Below are positions 1 through 9,207 of a DNA stretch of 64,000 bases, piece after piece. Each line of letters starts with the position of its first letter. Position 1 is the stretch's first letter. The notes under the pieces are model-generated. The model searched no databases. It had not been told where the DNA came from and was given only the letters and a program-made list of their open reading frames with translations. Source of the stretch: an uncultured Chlamydiae bacterium (GTDB taxonomy: Bacteria > Chlamydiota > Chlamydiia > Chlamydiales > Parachlamydiaceae); NCBI GenBank assembly GCA_963830365.1, contig CAWHMU010000036.1:96721-160720 (forward strand). The letters run 5' to 3'. A program made the position numbers and the translations under genes.

Positions 1-1
1 T

Positions 2-136
2 TTGGCAAGCGGAGCATTCCACACGGCAATTAGCAAACAGGTCGGACTGGATGATGCTGCCAAGGCCCTTGAAGCATATCAGAAGGAAATGACGTTAGGA
101 AAAGTGCTGATCAGACCCCAGCTATTGTCCAGTTAA
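2..136 (+). CDS. 3' end of a probable medium-chain dehydrogenase/quinone reductase (partial, runs off window)
   Basis: Frame 2 reads LASGAFHTAISKQVGLDDAAKALEAYQKEMTLGKVLIRPQLLSS*. The 'L.DA..A...GKVL' ending is typical of MDR-family C-termini. Confidence 0.55.
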   Translation: MASGAFHTAISKQVGLDDAAKALEAYQKEMTLGKVLIRPQLLSS

Positions 137-298
137 CGCCATGCTGAAGTTACATTGTTATTTATCTTAGCATTGTCATTGAGCTGGATGTTAGCAAGAT
201 TTGCATCAAAGATATTGCTGTTGAGCATCACATTTTTAGCAAGTTTCATTTGACTTTGCAAGTTGCGAGAAAGCCGAAATTTGTTGCTGAGGATATGG

Positions 299-320
299 AT
301 ATTCGCATATACATATATGA
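299..320 (+). promoter_or_regulatory. Possible ArsR operator upstream of the ars operon
   Basis: AT-rich imperfect palindrome ATATTCGCATATACATATATGA about 40 bp upstream of arsM; position fits, sequence support is weak. Confidence 0.3.
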
Positions 321-357
321 ACACGAACGAACCACCTAACAAAAGAGGAGTTAACGC

Positions 358-1221
358 ATGGATTATTATCACCCACCAAAAACCGAATATGTCCAGTATG
401 TGGCGGTAAATACCGCGAAGAACACTGAAGATGTGAAAAGAGAAGTACGTTCAGCTTATGGAGGCGTAGCAGAAGCGAATAACCAAAATAAAGGTTGCGG
501 AAATGCTCGCAGCTGTTGTGGTGTTTCAGCTAAGCCTGATAGTGGGTATTCGCAAGAATTAGGCTACTCTCAAGAGGATTTGAATAGTGTGCCTGCAGGG
601 TGTAATATGGGTCTTGGATGCGGCAACCCACAAGCGATAGCTTCGCTTAAACAAGGGGAAGTTGTTCTAGATTTAGGAGCTGGCGGTGGTTTTGATGTCT
701 TCTTAGCCGCAAAGCAAGTAGGTCCAACAGGAAAAGTATATGGCGTAGATATGACGCCAGAAATGATAAGTAAAGCTAGGGATAATGCCTCTAAAAATGG
801 CTATAAAAATGTTGAATTCCTGCTAGGGGAAATCGAACATTTGCCCTTGCCTGACAATACTGTAGATGTGATTATGTCAAATTGCGTTGTTAACCTCTCA
901 ACAAATAAAGAAAATGTTTTTAATGAGTCTTTCCGAGTATTAAGAGAAGGTGGTAGGCTAGCTATTTCTGACATGGTTGCCAACAGACCATTGCCACCAG
1001 AAATGATTAATAATAAGGAACTTTATTGCAATTGCATCTCAGGTGCTATTACAATTAATGAACTTAAAAATATATTAGCCAAAGCTGGATTTACTGACAT
1101 TGTGATTGAACCGCAAGAAAACAGCCGGATGTTCATTAAGGACTGGGTTCCTGGTTCTGATGCCGAGAACTATGTCGTATCAGCAAAAATTAAGGCTGTC
1201 AAGCCGAAGGCAAGACAATGA
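358..1221 (+). CDS. arsM: Arsenite S-adenosylmethionine methyltransferase
   Basis: N-terminal SCC, LGCGNP, SAM motif VLDLGAGGGFD, SNCVVNL, CISGA; first gene of an ars cluster; RBS GAGGAG upstream. Confidence 0.95.
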   Translation: MDYYHPPKTEYVQYVAVNTAKNTEDVKREVRSAYGGVAEANNQNKGCGNARSCCGVSAKPDSGYSQELGYSQEDLNSVPAGCNMGLGCGNPQAIASLKQGEVVLDLGAGGGFDVFLAAKQVGPTGKVYGVDMTPEMISKARDNASKNGYKNVEFLLGEIEHLPLPDNTVDVIMSNCVVNLSTNKENVFNESFRVLREGGRLAISDMVANRPLPPEMINNKELYCNCISGAITINELKNILAKAGFTDIVIEPQENSRMFIKDWVPGSDAENYVVSAKIKAVKPKARQ

Positions 1222-1562
1222 TGACTCCTGATGAGTTATTCTCTCTGTTATCTGATGAAACACGTCTACGTTGTTTAGTGTTACTTCAGAAAGAACAACA
1301 ACTTTGCGTTTGCGAAATCAGTCAGATATTAGGAAGCATGCAACCAAAGATGTCTCGCCATCTCGCTCTCATGCGCAATTCCGGACTTGTTTCGGATGAA
1401 CGCAAGGGGCAGTGGGTGTATTATAGCCTTAACCAATCTTTACCGGATTGGGCTAAGCGAATTATTGACTCCACATCAGCAAACATCATGCATGAAGAAC
1501 CGTATAGTTCTGACATAAAGAAAATATGCTCATTGAAAAAAGAGAATCTGTGTAAATTATAG
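1218..1562 (+). CDS. arsR: ArsR/SmtB family arsenic-responsive repressor
   Basis: LSDETRL...LCVCEI...QPKMSRHLALMRNSGLV..ERKGQWVYY; overlaps the arsM stop (ATGA). Confidence 0.95.
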   Translation: MMTPDELFSLLSDETRLRCLVLLQKEQQLCVCEISQILGSMQPKMSRHLALMRNSGLVSDERKGQWVYYSLNQSLPDWAKRIIDSTSANIMHEEPYSSDIKKICSLKKENLCKL

Positions 1563-1605
1563 ATAGTTAAATATAAATTTAAAACGAGAGGCGATTGATA
1601 GATCT

Positions 1606-2661
1606 ATGCTTAAGACATCTGTTAAACAACTTTCTTTTTTTGACCGCTATTTAACGCTTTGGATTTTCCTGGCCATGCTGTTTGGGGTTGGCTGTGGATA
1701 CTTATATCCAAATATCCAAGCCGTCATTAACCGCTTCCAGTTTGGCACAACGAACATTCCCATCGCGATTGGCCTTATCCTGATGATGTATCCGCCTCTC
1801 GCTAAGGTTAAATATGAGCGCATTGGAGAAGTCTTTCGGAACTTTAAAATTCTTCTTCTTTCATTAGTTCAGAATTGGCTGATAGGTCCAGTTTTCATGT
1901 TTACCTTAGCCATTGTTTTTCTACCTCACCATCCAGAATATATGGTGGGGCTTATCCTTATTGGATTGGCACGCTGTATCGCTATGGTTATCGTATGGAA
2001 TGATTTGGCGAAAGGGGATAGGGAGTATTGCGCGGGCCTGGTAGCCTTTAACTCTATTTTTCAGATTCTCTTTTTTCCGCTATATGCCTATGTCTTCATT
2101 ACGATATTGCCTACATTTTTTGGATTAGAAGGGAGCGTCGTTGATGTTTCGATCGGTGAGATCGCTTATAGCGTTTTCATCTATCTAGGCATTCCCTTTT
2201 TAGCTGGAATCCTTACAAGAATCACTGGGATTAAGCTTAAGGGGATAGACTGGTATGAGAAAGTGCTGATACCGTTGATTTCTCCGCTTACTTTGATATC
2301 CCTCTTATTTACAATCGTGGTGATGTTTTCTCTTAAAGGAGAGTACATCATACAGCTGCCTTTTGATGTGCTGATCATTGCCATGCCACTTGCTATCTAT
2401 TTCCTCGTCATGTTCATGCTGTCGTTTTACTTGTCCTACAAGGCTGGCGCAAGTTACGAGCAGTCTGCGACGCTAAGCTTTACCGCCGCCTCTAATAATT
2501 TCGAGCTAGCCATAGCCGTGGCAATTGCTATTTTCGGTATCAATTCAGGACAAGCGTTTGCCGCCGTCATTGGGCCGTTAGTTGAAGTTCCGGTCTTGAT
2601 AAGCCTTGTGCAAGTTTCTTTGTGGATTAAGAAAAAATTCTATAGGATTGGAAACGCATAG
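1606..2661 (+). CDS. acr3: ACR3 family arsenite efflux permease
   Basis: [52 protein letters not shown]; multiple TM segments. Confidence 0.95.
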   Translation: MLKTSVKQLSFFDRYLTLWIFLAMLFGVGCGYLYPNIQAVINRFQFGTTNIPIAIGLILMMYPPLAKVKYERIGEVFRNFKILLLSLVQNWLIGPVFMFTLAIVFLPHHPEYMVGLILIGLARCIAMVIVWNDLAKGDREYCAGLVAFNSIFQILFFPLYAYVFITILPTFFGLEGSVVDVSIGEIAYSVFIYLGIPFLAGILTRITGIKLKGIDWYEKVLIPLISPLTLISLLFTIVVMFSLKGEYIIQLPFDVLIIAMPLAIYFLVMFMLSFYLSYKAGASYEQSATLSFTAASNNFELAIAVAIAIFGINSGQAFAAVIGPLVEVPVLISLVQVSLWIKKKFYRIGNA

Positions 2662-2674
2662 CAGCGGTGATGAA

Positions 2675-3118
2675 ATGCCTAAGCCTTCCATCCAAAAGAT
2701 CCTTTTTATCTGCACGGGAAATTCCTGCCGCAGTCAGATGGCTGAAGGGTGGGTAAGAAAACTTAAAGGCTATATTCTAAAGCCCTATTCGGCTGGCATC
2801 GAAAAGCATGAGGTGGATCCTAAAGCTTTGAAAGTCATGTCTGAAGTCGGTGTAGACATATCTAAGCAGCATGCTAAGCTCATCAGTGAATTAGGTGAAA
2901 AACATTTTGACTATGTCGTCACAATTTGCCATGACGCCAACGAAAAATGCCCGGTGTTTTCAGGCAAAGCCAAACGCTTGCATCATGGCTTTGATAATCC
3001 CCCTGTTTTAACGCGAGAAATGAAGTCTGAGGAAGAGTCCTTAAGCATTTACCGCCGTGTGCGAGATGAAATTAGAGATTTTGTTGAGAAGATGCCCAAC
3101 AACTTGGAATCAGATTAG
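2675..3118 (+). CDS. arsC: Arsenate reductase, thioredoxin-coupled LMW-PTPase fold
   Basis: CTGNSCRSQMAEG P-loop and resolving Cys pair in VTICHDANEKCP. Start placed at ATG 2675, after the acr3 stop. Confidence 0.92.
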   Translation: MPKPSIQKILFICTGNSCRSQMAEGWVRKLKGYILKPYSAGIEKHEVDPKALKVMSEVGVDISKQHAKLISELGEKHFDYVVTICHDANEKCPVFSGKAKRLHHGFDNPPVLTREMKSEEESLSIYRRVRDEIRDFVEKMPNNLESD

Positions 3119-3351
3119 CGACGGCTTCATCTCTACTTCTGCTTTTTGGCTATCGTCAAGATGCGGTCGCTTTTATTTTCGATGAATTTCTAGCCGTTCG
3201 ATTTCGCATTGACTAATGACCTTAAACCCTTTCCGGTGCAGCATTTCCTTGAGTTGTCTGGCAGTATACACCTGAGATTGGGCCCGGTGCTGCATAATTT
3301 TATAACTCCCTATAAAGTTATCGTCATGCAGCACCGACCCTAATGCTTTGA

Positions 3352-4026
3352 TTATGGCTTATCGAGGAATTCGACTTTACCGGATTCAAGATCATAATAG
3401 GCCCCTGAAATCCGCAATGTTCCCTTTGCCAGTAATTTGGCAAGTAATGGTTTAGAACTTTTCAGTTTTTGCTCCACGATTTTAACATTGGCTTTGATCG
3501 CCTTCTCAAGGAGATTGCCTGAGTCGCCTTTGGTGGCCACAATCGCCGGATGAATCGCGTTCACGACTTCCTGAATATGATTATCGAATTTCATACCCTT
3601 TAAGGCCGCGTTTACGGCACCGCAATTGGAATGGCCAAGCACAAGCACTAAGTTTGCACCGAGGACGTTGACACCGTATTCGATGCTCCCTATCGCAAAG
3701 TCATCGACGATATTTCCCGCCACTCTTACCACAAAAAGATCACCCAACGACTGGTCAAAGACAATTTCCGGAGGGACTCGCGAATCGGAACAGGCAACAA
3801 TGACTGCAAAAGGCTTCTGGTTTTCAAGAAGTGCCGACCGTTTCGCGGTCCAATCTTCGTGGCAAACTGTGGTTGAAGTAGTATAACGCTGATTTCCCTG
3901 GATCAATCTTTCCAATGGATTTTTTGCGGGGTTGGCCTCGCTGGCAGAAACAGATACTACTGGCGAAAAAAGCAAGCTCACGGCAAGCGGTAAGGCAAGG
4001 TATAACTGAAAATGAAATCGTTTCAT
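3352..4026 (-). CDS. Beta-class carbonic anhydrase with N-terminal signal peptide
   Basis: CSDSRVPPE, VRVAGN, GSIEY, HSNCGAV zinc ligands; hydrophobic N-terminus. Confidence 0.93.
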   Translation of the reverse strand: MKRFHFQLYLALPLAVSLLFSPVVSVSASEANPAKNPLERLIQGNQRYTTSTTVCHEDWTAKRSALLENQKPFAVIVACSDSRVPPEIVFDQSLGDLFVVRVAGNIVDDFAIGSIEYGVNVLGANLVLVLGHSNCGAVNAALKGMKFDNHIQEVVNAIHPAIVATKGDSGNLLEKAIKANVKIVEQKLKSSKPLLAKLLAKGTLRISGAYYDLESGKVEFLDKP

Positions 4027-4370
4027 GACGGCACCTTTGTTGATAAATTTATGAAGGCCTCATGGTATAAGTATTTTCCATGAACTAAAGTTCATTGGAT
4101 ATGATTAGGAAATAAATTTCAAATAATTTAGTTCATCACACAAATAAGTACCTGTTCGAGACGATTCCTCAAAAAGCTTTAGTCATGAATGGTTAAAAAT
4201 GAAAAGTAATAATTTATTTGTAAGGTTCTCTTTGAAACAAATCGGCATTCTAGCACAGAAGATCTAGTGGGCCTTTCCGGTACTCACAACTATCAATCGA
4301 ATATTTTAAATCATTTTTTGGGCCATCCTCGCCTATTCGGTCAAGAAAGCAAAAAGAAAAGAACTCCTAC

Positions 4371-6176
4371 CAGGGCTTTTTCATTAAAGAAATTTAACAC
4401 CGAAAATTCCACTCACAGCCAGCTCTAAGGCGATTTCGCCATTTTTATTCTCATATATCTAGCCTAATACATAAAAAAACAATTGACTTCATTTATCACG
4501 TATATTATAAGGTGTTTTAAATAAATATCTGGTCTAATATGTCGATGAATCTGGTAGATCTACATCTAAACTGGGGTGCATTTACCTCTAAGGGCAAGAA
4601 GTATGTCTCCTATAGCCTTGCTAGATCCATTTGGACAAACGGCTCATGCCGGAAAGAAATCGTACTTAAATTGGGTAAACTCACTAATGAGGAAGTCGTA
4701 TTCTGGCGTCAGACGCTGAAAGACGCAAAAAAACGGCGCAAGGCAATTTCTCAGACAGCCCCTAATCCTTCAGGTGACTCCAGTCCTTCACTTGTCGAAG
4801 CTAATAAGTTGACAGCGAATTCTCAGGATCCCGATACTGGAGATCTTCAAATTGCTACGGGGGATTTTGAGGGCGAAAACATGTCAGTAAGAAAGAAATT
4901 CATCTACGACGAACACGATCAAAATGTCGATATTCACTCTTACGAGGATGCTGTAAAACATGCTTTTGCGGACGTTCAGGATCCGCGCGTCGCAGATAAT
5001 CTGCAATATCCATTCTATGGACTTCTGCTAACGATTCTGGCGGGTATTCTTGCAGGCGCAAAGTCCATCAGTGGTATTTACGAGTATGGAAAGGAAAAAG
5101 CTGCCATGTTATGCCCTTTACTTAATCTCGAACGACACCCTTCCTATACCGCCTTTTGGTGGATCCTGACGCGAACAAACCCTGAAATCTTGAACCAGGC
5201 ATTCATTAAATGGATTAAGTTGGTGGCTGACACCTTGGGCGGCACTGAGAAAAAAATCTCTATCGACGGGAAAACTCTGAGAGGTGCCAAAAAGGATCTT
5301 GTTCATTACGTGAGCGGATACGAGTCTGGAAGTGGGCTTCTGCTTGGTCAAGTGAAAACAGAGGAAAAATCCAATGAGATCACGGCAATTCCAGAGTTGC
5401 TAAAGGTAATCGATGTCAAGGATGCGACGGTCACAATTGATGCGATGGGGTGCCAAAAAGGCATTGTAAATGACATCAGGGAGCGCGGAGGGCATTATGT
5501 GATTGCCTTAAAAGGAAACCAAGACACTCTACATGCTGAGGCCCAGAATTTTTTTGATCAAGCCAGAGCAGCTGATTATAAGGGGGCTAAGTGTAAAAAG
5601 TATGAAGCGACCAATGAAGGACACGGCAGGCTAGAGAAGCGAGAGGTGACAATCACCAAAAATCTCAACTGGCTGGATTGTCGAAGTGATTGGCGGGATC
5701 TTAAGATGCTGATAGAAGTGAAATCCACTAGGACGATCAAGGGTAAATCTACAGAAGAACTTCGCTACTACATTTCCAGCAAGGATATGACTGCGAAGAT
5801 GGCGAACAGCACTGTTCGCTCACAGTGGGGGATTGAGAATAATCTTCATTGGGTTTTAGATGTGTTATTCGGTGATGATATCTCCCGGGCCAATACTGGC
5901 CATGCAGCGGAGAATCTAGGTCTCTTTAGACGGATGGCCTATTGCATTTTAAAACAGGAAACAGTGCAAGGACGCGGTTTGGCATCAAAACAACGCAAGG
6001 CAATGTGGAATGATCACTATGTGCTTGAACTGTTAAACAAGTTTATCAAGGAAGTGAGCAGCGGGAGCGAGGTTTACCAGCTCGAGTAGACGACTGCCGG
6101 CCTAGAGCATCAAGCGCAGCTTGTACCCGCAGGGGCGGCATGAAGAGTGTAAAGTATTTTTAATGAAAAAGCCCTG
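4371..6176 (+). mobile_element. ISAs1-family insertion sequence
   Basis: Terminal IRs CAGGGCTTTTTCATTAAA (18 bp perfect) at 4371 and 6176 enclose the transposase; no matching target duplication in the flanks. Confidence 0.9.
4539..6089 (+). CDS. ISAs1 family transposase with ~115-aa N-terminal extension
   Basis: DPR, IDGKTLRG, KSNEITAIPELL, TIDAMGCQ, LKGNQ, HGRLEKR, WGIENNLHWVLDV. Confidence 0.93.
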   Translation: MSMNLVDLHLNWGAFTSKGKKYVSYSLARSIWTNGSCRKEIVLKLGKLTNEEVVFWRQTLKDAKKRRKAISQTAPNPSGDSSPSLVEANKLTANSQDPDTGDLQIATGDFEGENMSVRKKFIYDEHDQNVDIHSYEDAVKHAFADVQDPRVADNLQYPFYGLLLTILAGILAGAKSISGIYEYGKEKAAMLCPLLNLERHPSYTAFWWILTRTNPEILNQAFIKWIKLVADTLGGTEKKISIDGKTLRGAKKDLVHYVSGYESGSGLLLGQVKTEEKSNEITAIPELLKVIDVKDATVTIDAMGCQKGIVNDIRERGGHYVIALKGNQDTLHAEAQNFFDQARAADYKGAKCKKYEATNEGHGRLEKREVTITKNLNWLDCRSDWRDLKMLIEVKSTRTIKGKSTEELRYYISSKDMTAKMANSTVRSQWGIENNLHWVLDVLFGDDISRANTGHAAENLGLFRRMAYCILKQETVQGRGLASKQRKAMWNDHYVLELLNKFIKEVSSGSEVYQLE

Positions 6177-6413
6177 AGTTTATGGGTTTTCGCATCAGTT
6201 ATATTCTGATCGAGTTCATAAACAACACGGTTGTCAAAAATAATTGTAGAATAGTAGGAAGTTGTTTGAGTTCAGGGACGGGTCGTTCTGAGTGATTGTA
6301 GTTATTGACAACCAAACGAAACCGCCAAATGGGTCGTTCTCGGTGATTGCAGGGTATAATGGTCCCGGAAATTTGGACAATGGTCTAAGCTAATACCCTC
6401 TTTAAGAAAAGAG

Positions 6414-6713
6414 GTGAAAATGAGCCGAACAAGAAAAAAATATCCCCCAGAATTTAAAGTCAAAGCCGTGCTTGAGATTTTGAAGGGAGAAAAGACTGCA
6501 AGTCAATTATCCGGTGAACTGGGAGTGCATCCTATCGTGTTGTCGGAGTGGAAAAAACACTTTTTATCAACTGCCACAACTGTATTTGAAAAACCGAGCA
6601 AGATGACTGGGACAGCACAGGAAGTTAAAGAAAAGGCAGAACTTTTCGAGCAAATCGGACGTCTTAAAATGGAGGTGGAGTGGCTTAAAAAAAAGTTAGG
6701 ATGTTTGACTTAA
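6414..6713 (+). CDS. IS3 transposase OrfA (HTH)
   Basis: RKKYPPEFKVKAVLE...WKK; A8G slippery site at 6687-6695 for a -1 frameshift into OrfB. Confidence 0.9.
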   Translation: MKMSRTRKKYPPEFKVKAVLEILKGEKTASQLSGELGVHPIVLSEWKKHFLSTATTVFEKPSKMTGTAQEVKEKAELFEQIGRLKMEVEWLKKKLGCLT

Positions 6714-7543
6714 ATTCTCGACGACTTCTAATAAAGCCAGATCATAAGAAGTTGTCGCTATCAAGTCAGTGTCATTTGCTTGGAATGTCACGATCTGGGT
6801 TGTATTATAAGGCCAAACAGCCCAACGAGGAAGATTTGGCACTCATGCGGGCTATTGATGAACAATATCTTCAAACTCCCTTCTATGGAAGAAGACGGAT
6901 GACGATAGCAATGAGAGCTCAAGGTTTTTTTGTAGGAGGAAAAAGGATTCGAACGGCGATGCAGACAATGGGTTTAGAAGCAATCTATCCCAAGCCCAAT
7001 CTGAGTGCGGCAAATAAGGAGCATAAAAAGTTTCCTTACCTACTAAGAGGGATTGTAGTAGATAAACCCGATTTGGCATGGGCTGCAGATATCACCTACG
7101 TTCCTTTGTTGAAAGGATTTGGATACCTTTTTGCGATCATCGATTGGTTTAGCAGGTATGTGATCGAATGGGAACTTTCGAATCTGCTGGATGCGGAATT
7201 TTGCATTAATGCATTAGAAAGAGGGCTTTCTCGAGCTAGTCCTGAGATATTCAACACAGACCAAGGAGTTCAATTCACCTGCTGTCGGTTTGTAGAGAGA
7301 TTAGAAGCAGGCGGAGTCAGAATCAGTATGGATGGAAAAGGCAGAGCCCTTGATAATGTGTTTATTGAAAGGCTCTGGAGAAGCGTGAAGTATGAAGAGA
7401 TTTATCCAAAAGGGTATGAAAGCTTAAAAGATGTCCGTAATGGACTTAAGAGTTATTTTAAGTTTTACAACGAGAGCAGGCCACACCAAGGACTGGGTTA
7501 TAAAACGCCTGCGGAGGTGTATTTTTCTAGGCAGAGCCTTTAG
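6701..7543 (+). CDS. IS3 transposase OrfB (rve DDE domain)
   Basis: WAADITY, IIDWFSR, NTDQGVQFT, DNVFIERLWRSVKYE, YNESRPHQGL. Confidence 0.93.
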   Translation: MFDLNSRRLLIKPDHKKLSLSSQCHLLGMSRSGLYYKAKQPNEEDLALMRAIDEQYLQTPFYGRRRMTIAMRAQGFFVGGKRIRTAMQTMGLEAIYPKPNLSAANKEHKKFPYLLRGIVVDKPDLAWAADITYVPLLKGFGYLFAIIDWFSRYVIEWELSNLLDAEFCINALERGLSRASPEIFNTDQGVQFTCCRFVERLEAGGVRISMDGKGRALDNVFIERLWRSVKYEEIYPKGYESLKDVRNGLKSYFKFYNESRPHQGLGYKTPAEVYFSRQSL

Positions 7544-7849
7544 GAAAAGGGGGCAAGCCCCCTTACCCCCCTTCCGCCTTCGTTGGACTTGGATTACCTT
7601 GATTTTTAAAGGAACTTGAGGGGGCAAGCCCCCTCAAACTCCCCCTTTAGCTGCAAGAACAACAAAAACTTGAGGTTATTAGCTTAACTTTTCCCATTTT
7701 TTGTCTAGACAAAGGGGACCACTTTAGGGTGGGTCGTTCTGACTGATCGACAAATGTACCCATCAAACGAAATCGTCAAATGGGTCGTTCTAAGTGATTG
7801 AGGGGGTGGGTCGTTCTTGGTGATCGACAAAAGGGTCGTTCTAAGTGAT

Positions 7850-8359
7850 ATTTACCATTGGGCAATGAAAATATTGCAATATGATGGTATATGGGATGAA
7901 AAGGTATATGAAAAATTGAAGTGGGTTTACAGCTATGAAAAACAAATCAGGATATGGAGTCAATGGGTTGAGATTGGAAAACACATCCGAGATCAAGTGA
8001 GGAAAAGTGGTTTTGGTTGTGATACAGAAGAATTAATTATTGAACGCTTATCACCATTACCCATGGCTGAATCATCACAACAACTTGCATGCGATCTTCT
8101 TGATTTTGTATCTAAAGAATCTTGTCAGCTTCCATCAGGTGTGACAGCACCTGGGTCAACAGAGGTCATCGAATCATTATTCGGATATTTTAAACATGCA
8201 AAGAACGGTTTGTGGGATGGAAATGGAGGAATGGGACGCCTCATTTTAACTATGGCAAGTCGGGTCGGGGAATTAACTTCAGAACTTGTAGAGAACGCTC
8301 TTAACAATATTCGCCAAAGTGAGCTTGCGCAATGGTTCGCAAATTGCTATTCCAGATAG
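7850..8359 (+). pseudogene. C-terminal remnant of a probable transposase
   Basis: GSTEVIESLFGYFK resembles a transposase 'E' helix; the 5' end runs into the repeat array and there is no credible start. Confidence 0.5.
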
Positions 8360-8560
8360 TCGTTTAAATGTTTAATCATGGAAGACTTATGGACACGTAC
8401 AATTTAGACGTCTTTGGAGACTTTTTGACAGCCCAGGTCGGGCTTGACATTATGGCATTCTCTTTTCAATCACATATATTTATAAAATATTTTAATTAAA
8501 TTAAAAATAACGATCTTTTATTTATAAAAAATTAAGTCGAAGTGTAATTTCATGTTTTGA

Positions 8561-9190
8561 TTAGATGGATCGCAAGATAGTGCGACTCCATTGATTGCCA
8601 AGATGCAGGACAGGTCTGCTAGTGGTTGTATTGAATAGAGTCATTAGTCTTATTTTGGTATCTGTTAACCAGACCCTAACGTTCGATCCATTTATTGACA
8701 TATCCGGATAATGTCGAACTTTCTTATATGCCCAGTTGATACCATTATAAGCTGATTGAGCAAGTGAGGGTAACGCTAATATCACAGCTGCAATGCTAAC
8801 AATATGGCGAGGATGCCAAGGATTAACGACAAAAATAGTATTAGGTCCACACACTTGTTTGAGTTGAGAGGTAGAAAAAAAACATCCTATCAATGAGGAT
8901 ATGATGAAAACCCCTGGATAAGAAACACCTGCACTCAAAATCAGTGAAATCTTAGTGCAAACAATCATTACGTTATTGGCTACTTGAATCCATTTAGGAT
9001 AGTCTGAACAAACATCGGTTGTAATTTCATGATCTCTTGCTAGATGATAGATGTGATAAATCTCAACTAGTCCAAACACAAAGGTTACGGTGCCGGTGAT
9101 GTTTTTTACACCTTCCTTGACTAGCGGCTGATTGAGTAAGCGAACGGAGTCATTAAATAGATATTTCGCTGCTCCTGAAATTGAATTCAT
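8561..9190 (-). CDS. Hypothetical membrane protein
   Basis: 209-aa ORF with several hydrophobic segments and an AAGGAAG RBS upstream; no family recognised. Confidence 0.65.
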   Translation of the reverse strand: MNSISGAAKYLFNDSVRLLNQPLVKEGVKNITGTVTFVFGLVEIYHIYHLARDHEITTDVCSDYPKWIQVANNVMIVCTKISLILSAGVSYPGVFIISSLIGCFFSTSQLKQVCGPNTIFVVNPWHPRHIVSIAAVILALPSLAQSAYNGINWAYKKVRHYPDMSINGSNVRVWLTDTKIRLMTLFNTTTSRPVLHLGNQWSRTILRSI

Positions 9191-9207
9191 GACACTTCCT
9201 TATTTAT

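Larger units (their letters stand above)
6355..7726 (+). mobile_element. IS3-family element, copy 1 (1372 bp)
   Basis: Imperfect IRs TATAATGGTCCC.../...GGGACCACTTTA; 3-bp target duplication GGG; ends defined by comparison with copy 2. Confidence 0.93.
6280..7849. repeat. Six copies of GGGTCGTTCTnn(G/C)TGAT at 25/26/51-bp spacing, split by the IS3 copy; IS21-type end-like
   Basis: Copies start at 6280, 6331, 7731, 7782, 7808 and 7833; two units end in ...TGATCGACA. Confidence 0.8.

Noticed and set aside
133..372. Asn-rich minus-strand ORF (pentapeptide-like DANLANIQL)
   Set aside because: Overlaps the arsM start and promoter region and shows only one repeat-like unit; not enough support.
7544..7648. 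GC hairpins GGGGGCAAGCCCCC as an independent ncRNA
   Set aside because: They are internal to the IS3 element and present in both copies.
6280..7849. CRISPR array
   Set aside because: Repeats are short and degenerate, the intervening sequences are tiny or themselves repeated, and no cas genes are in the window; IS-end repeats fit better.
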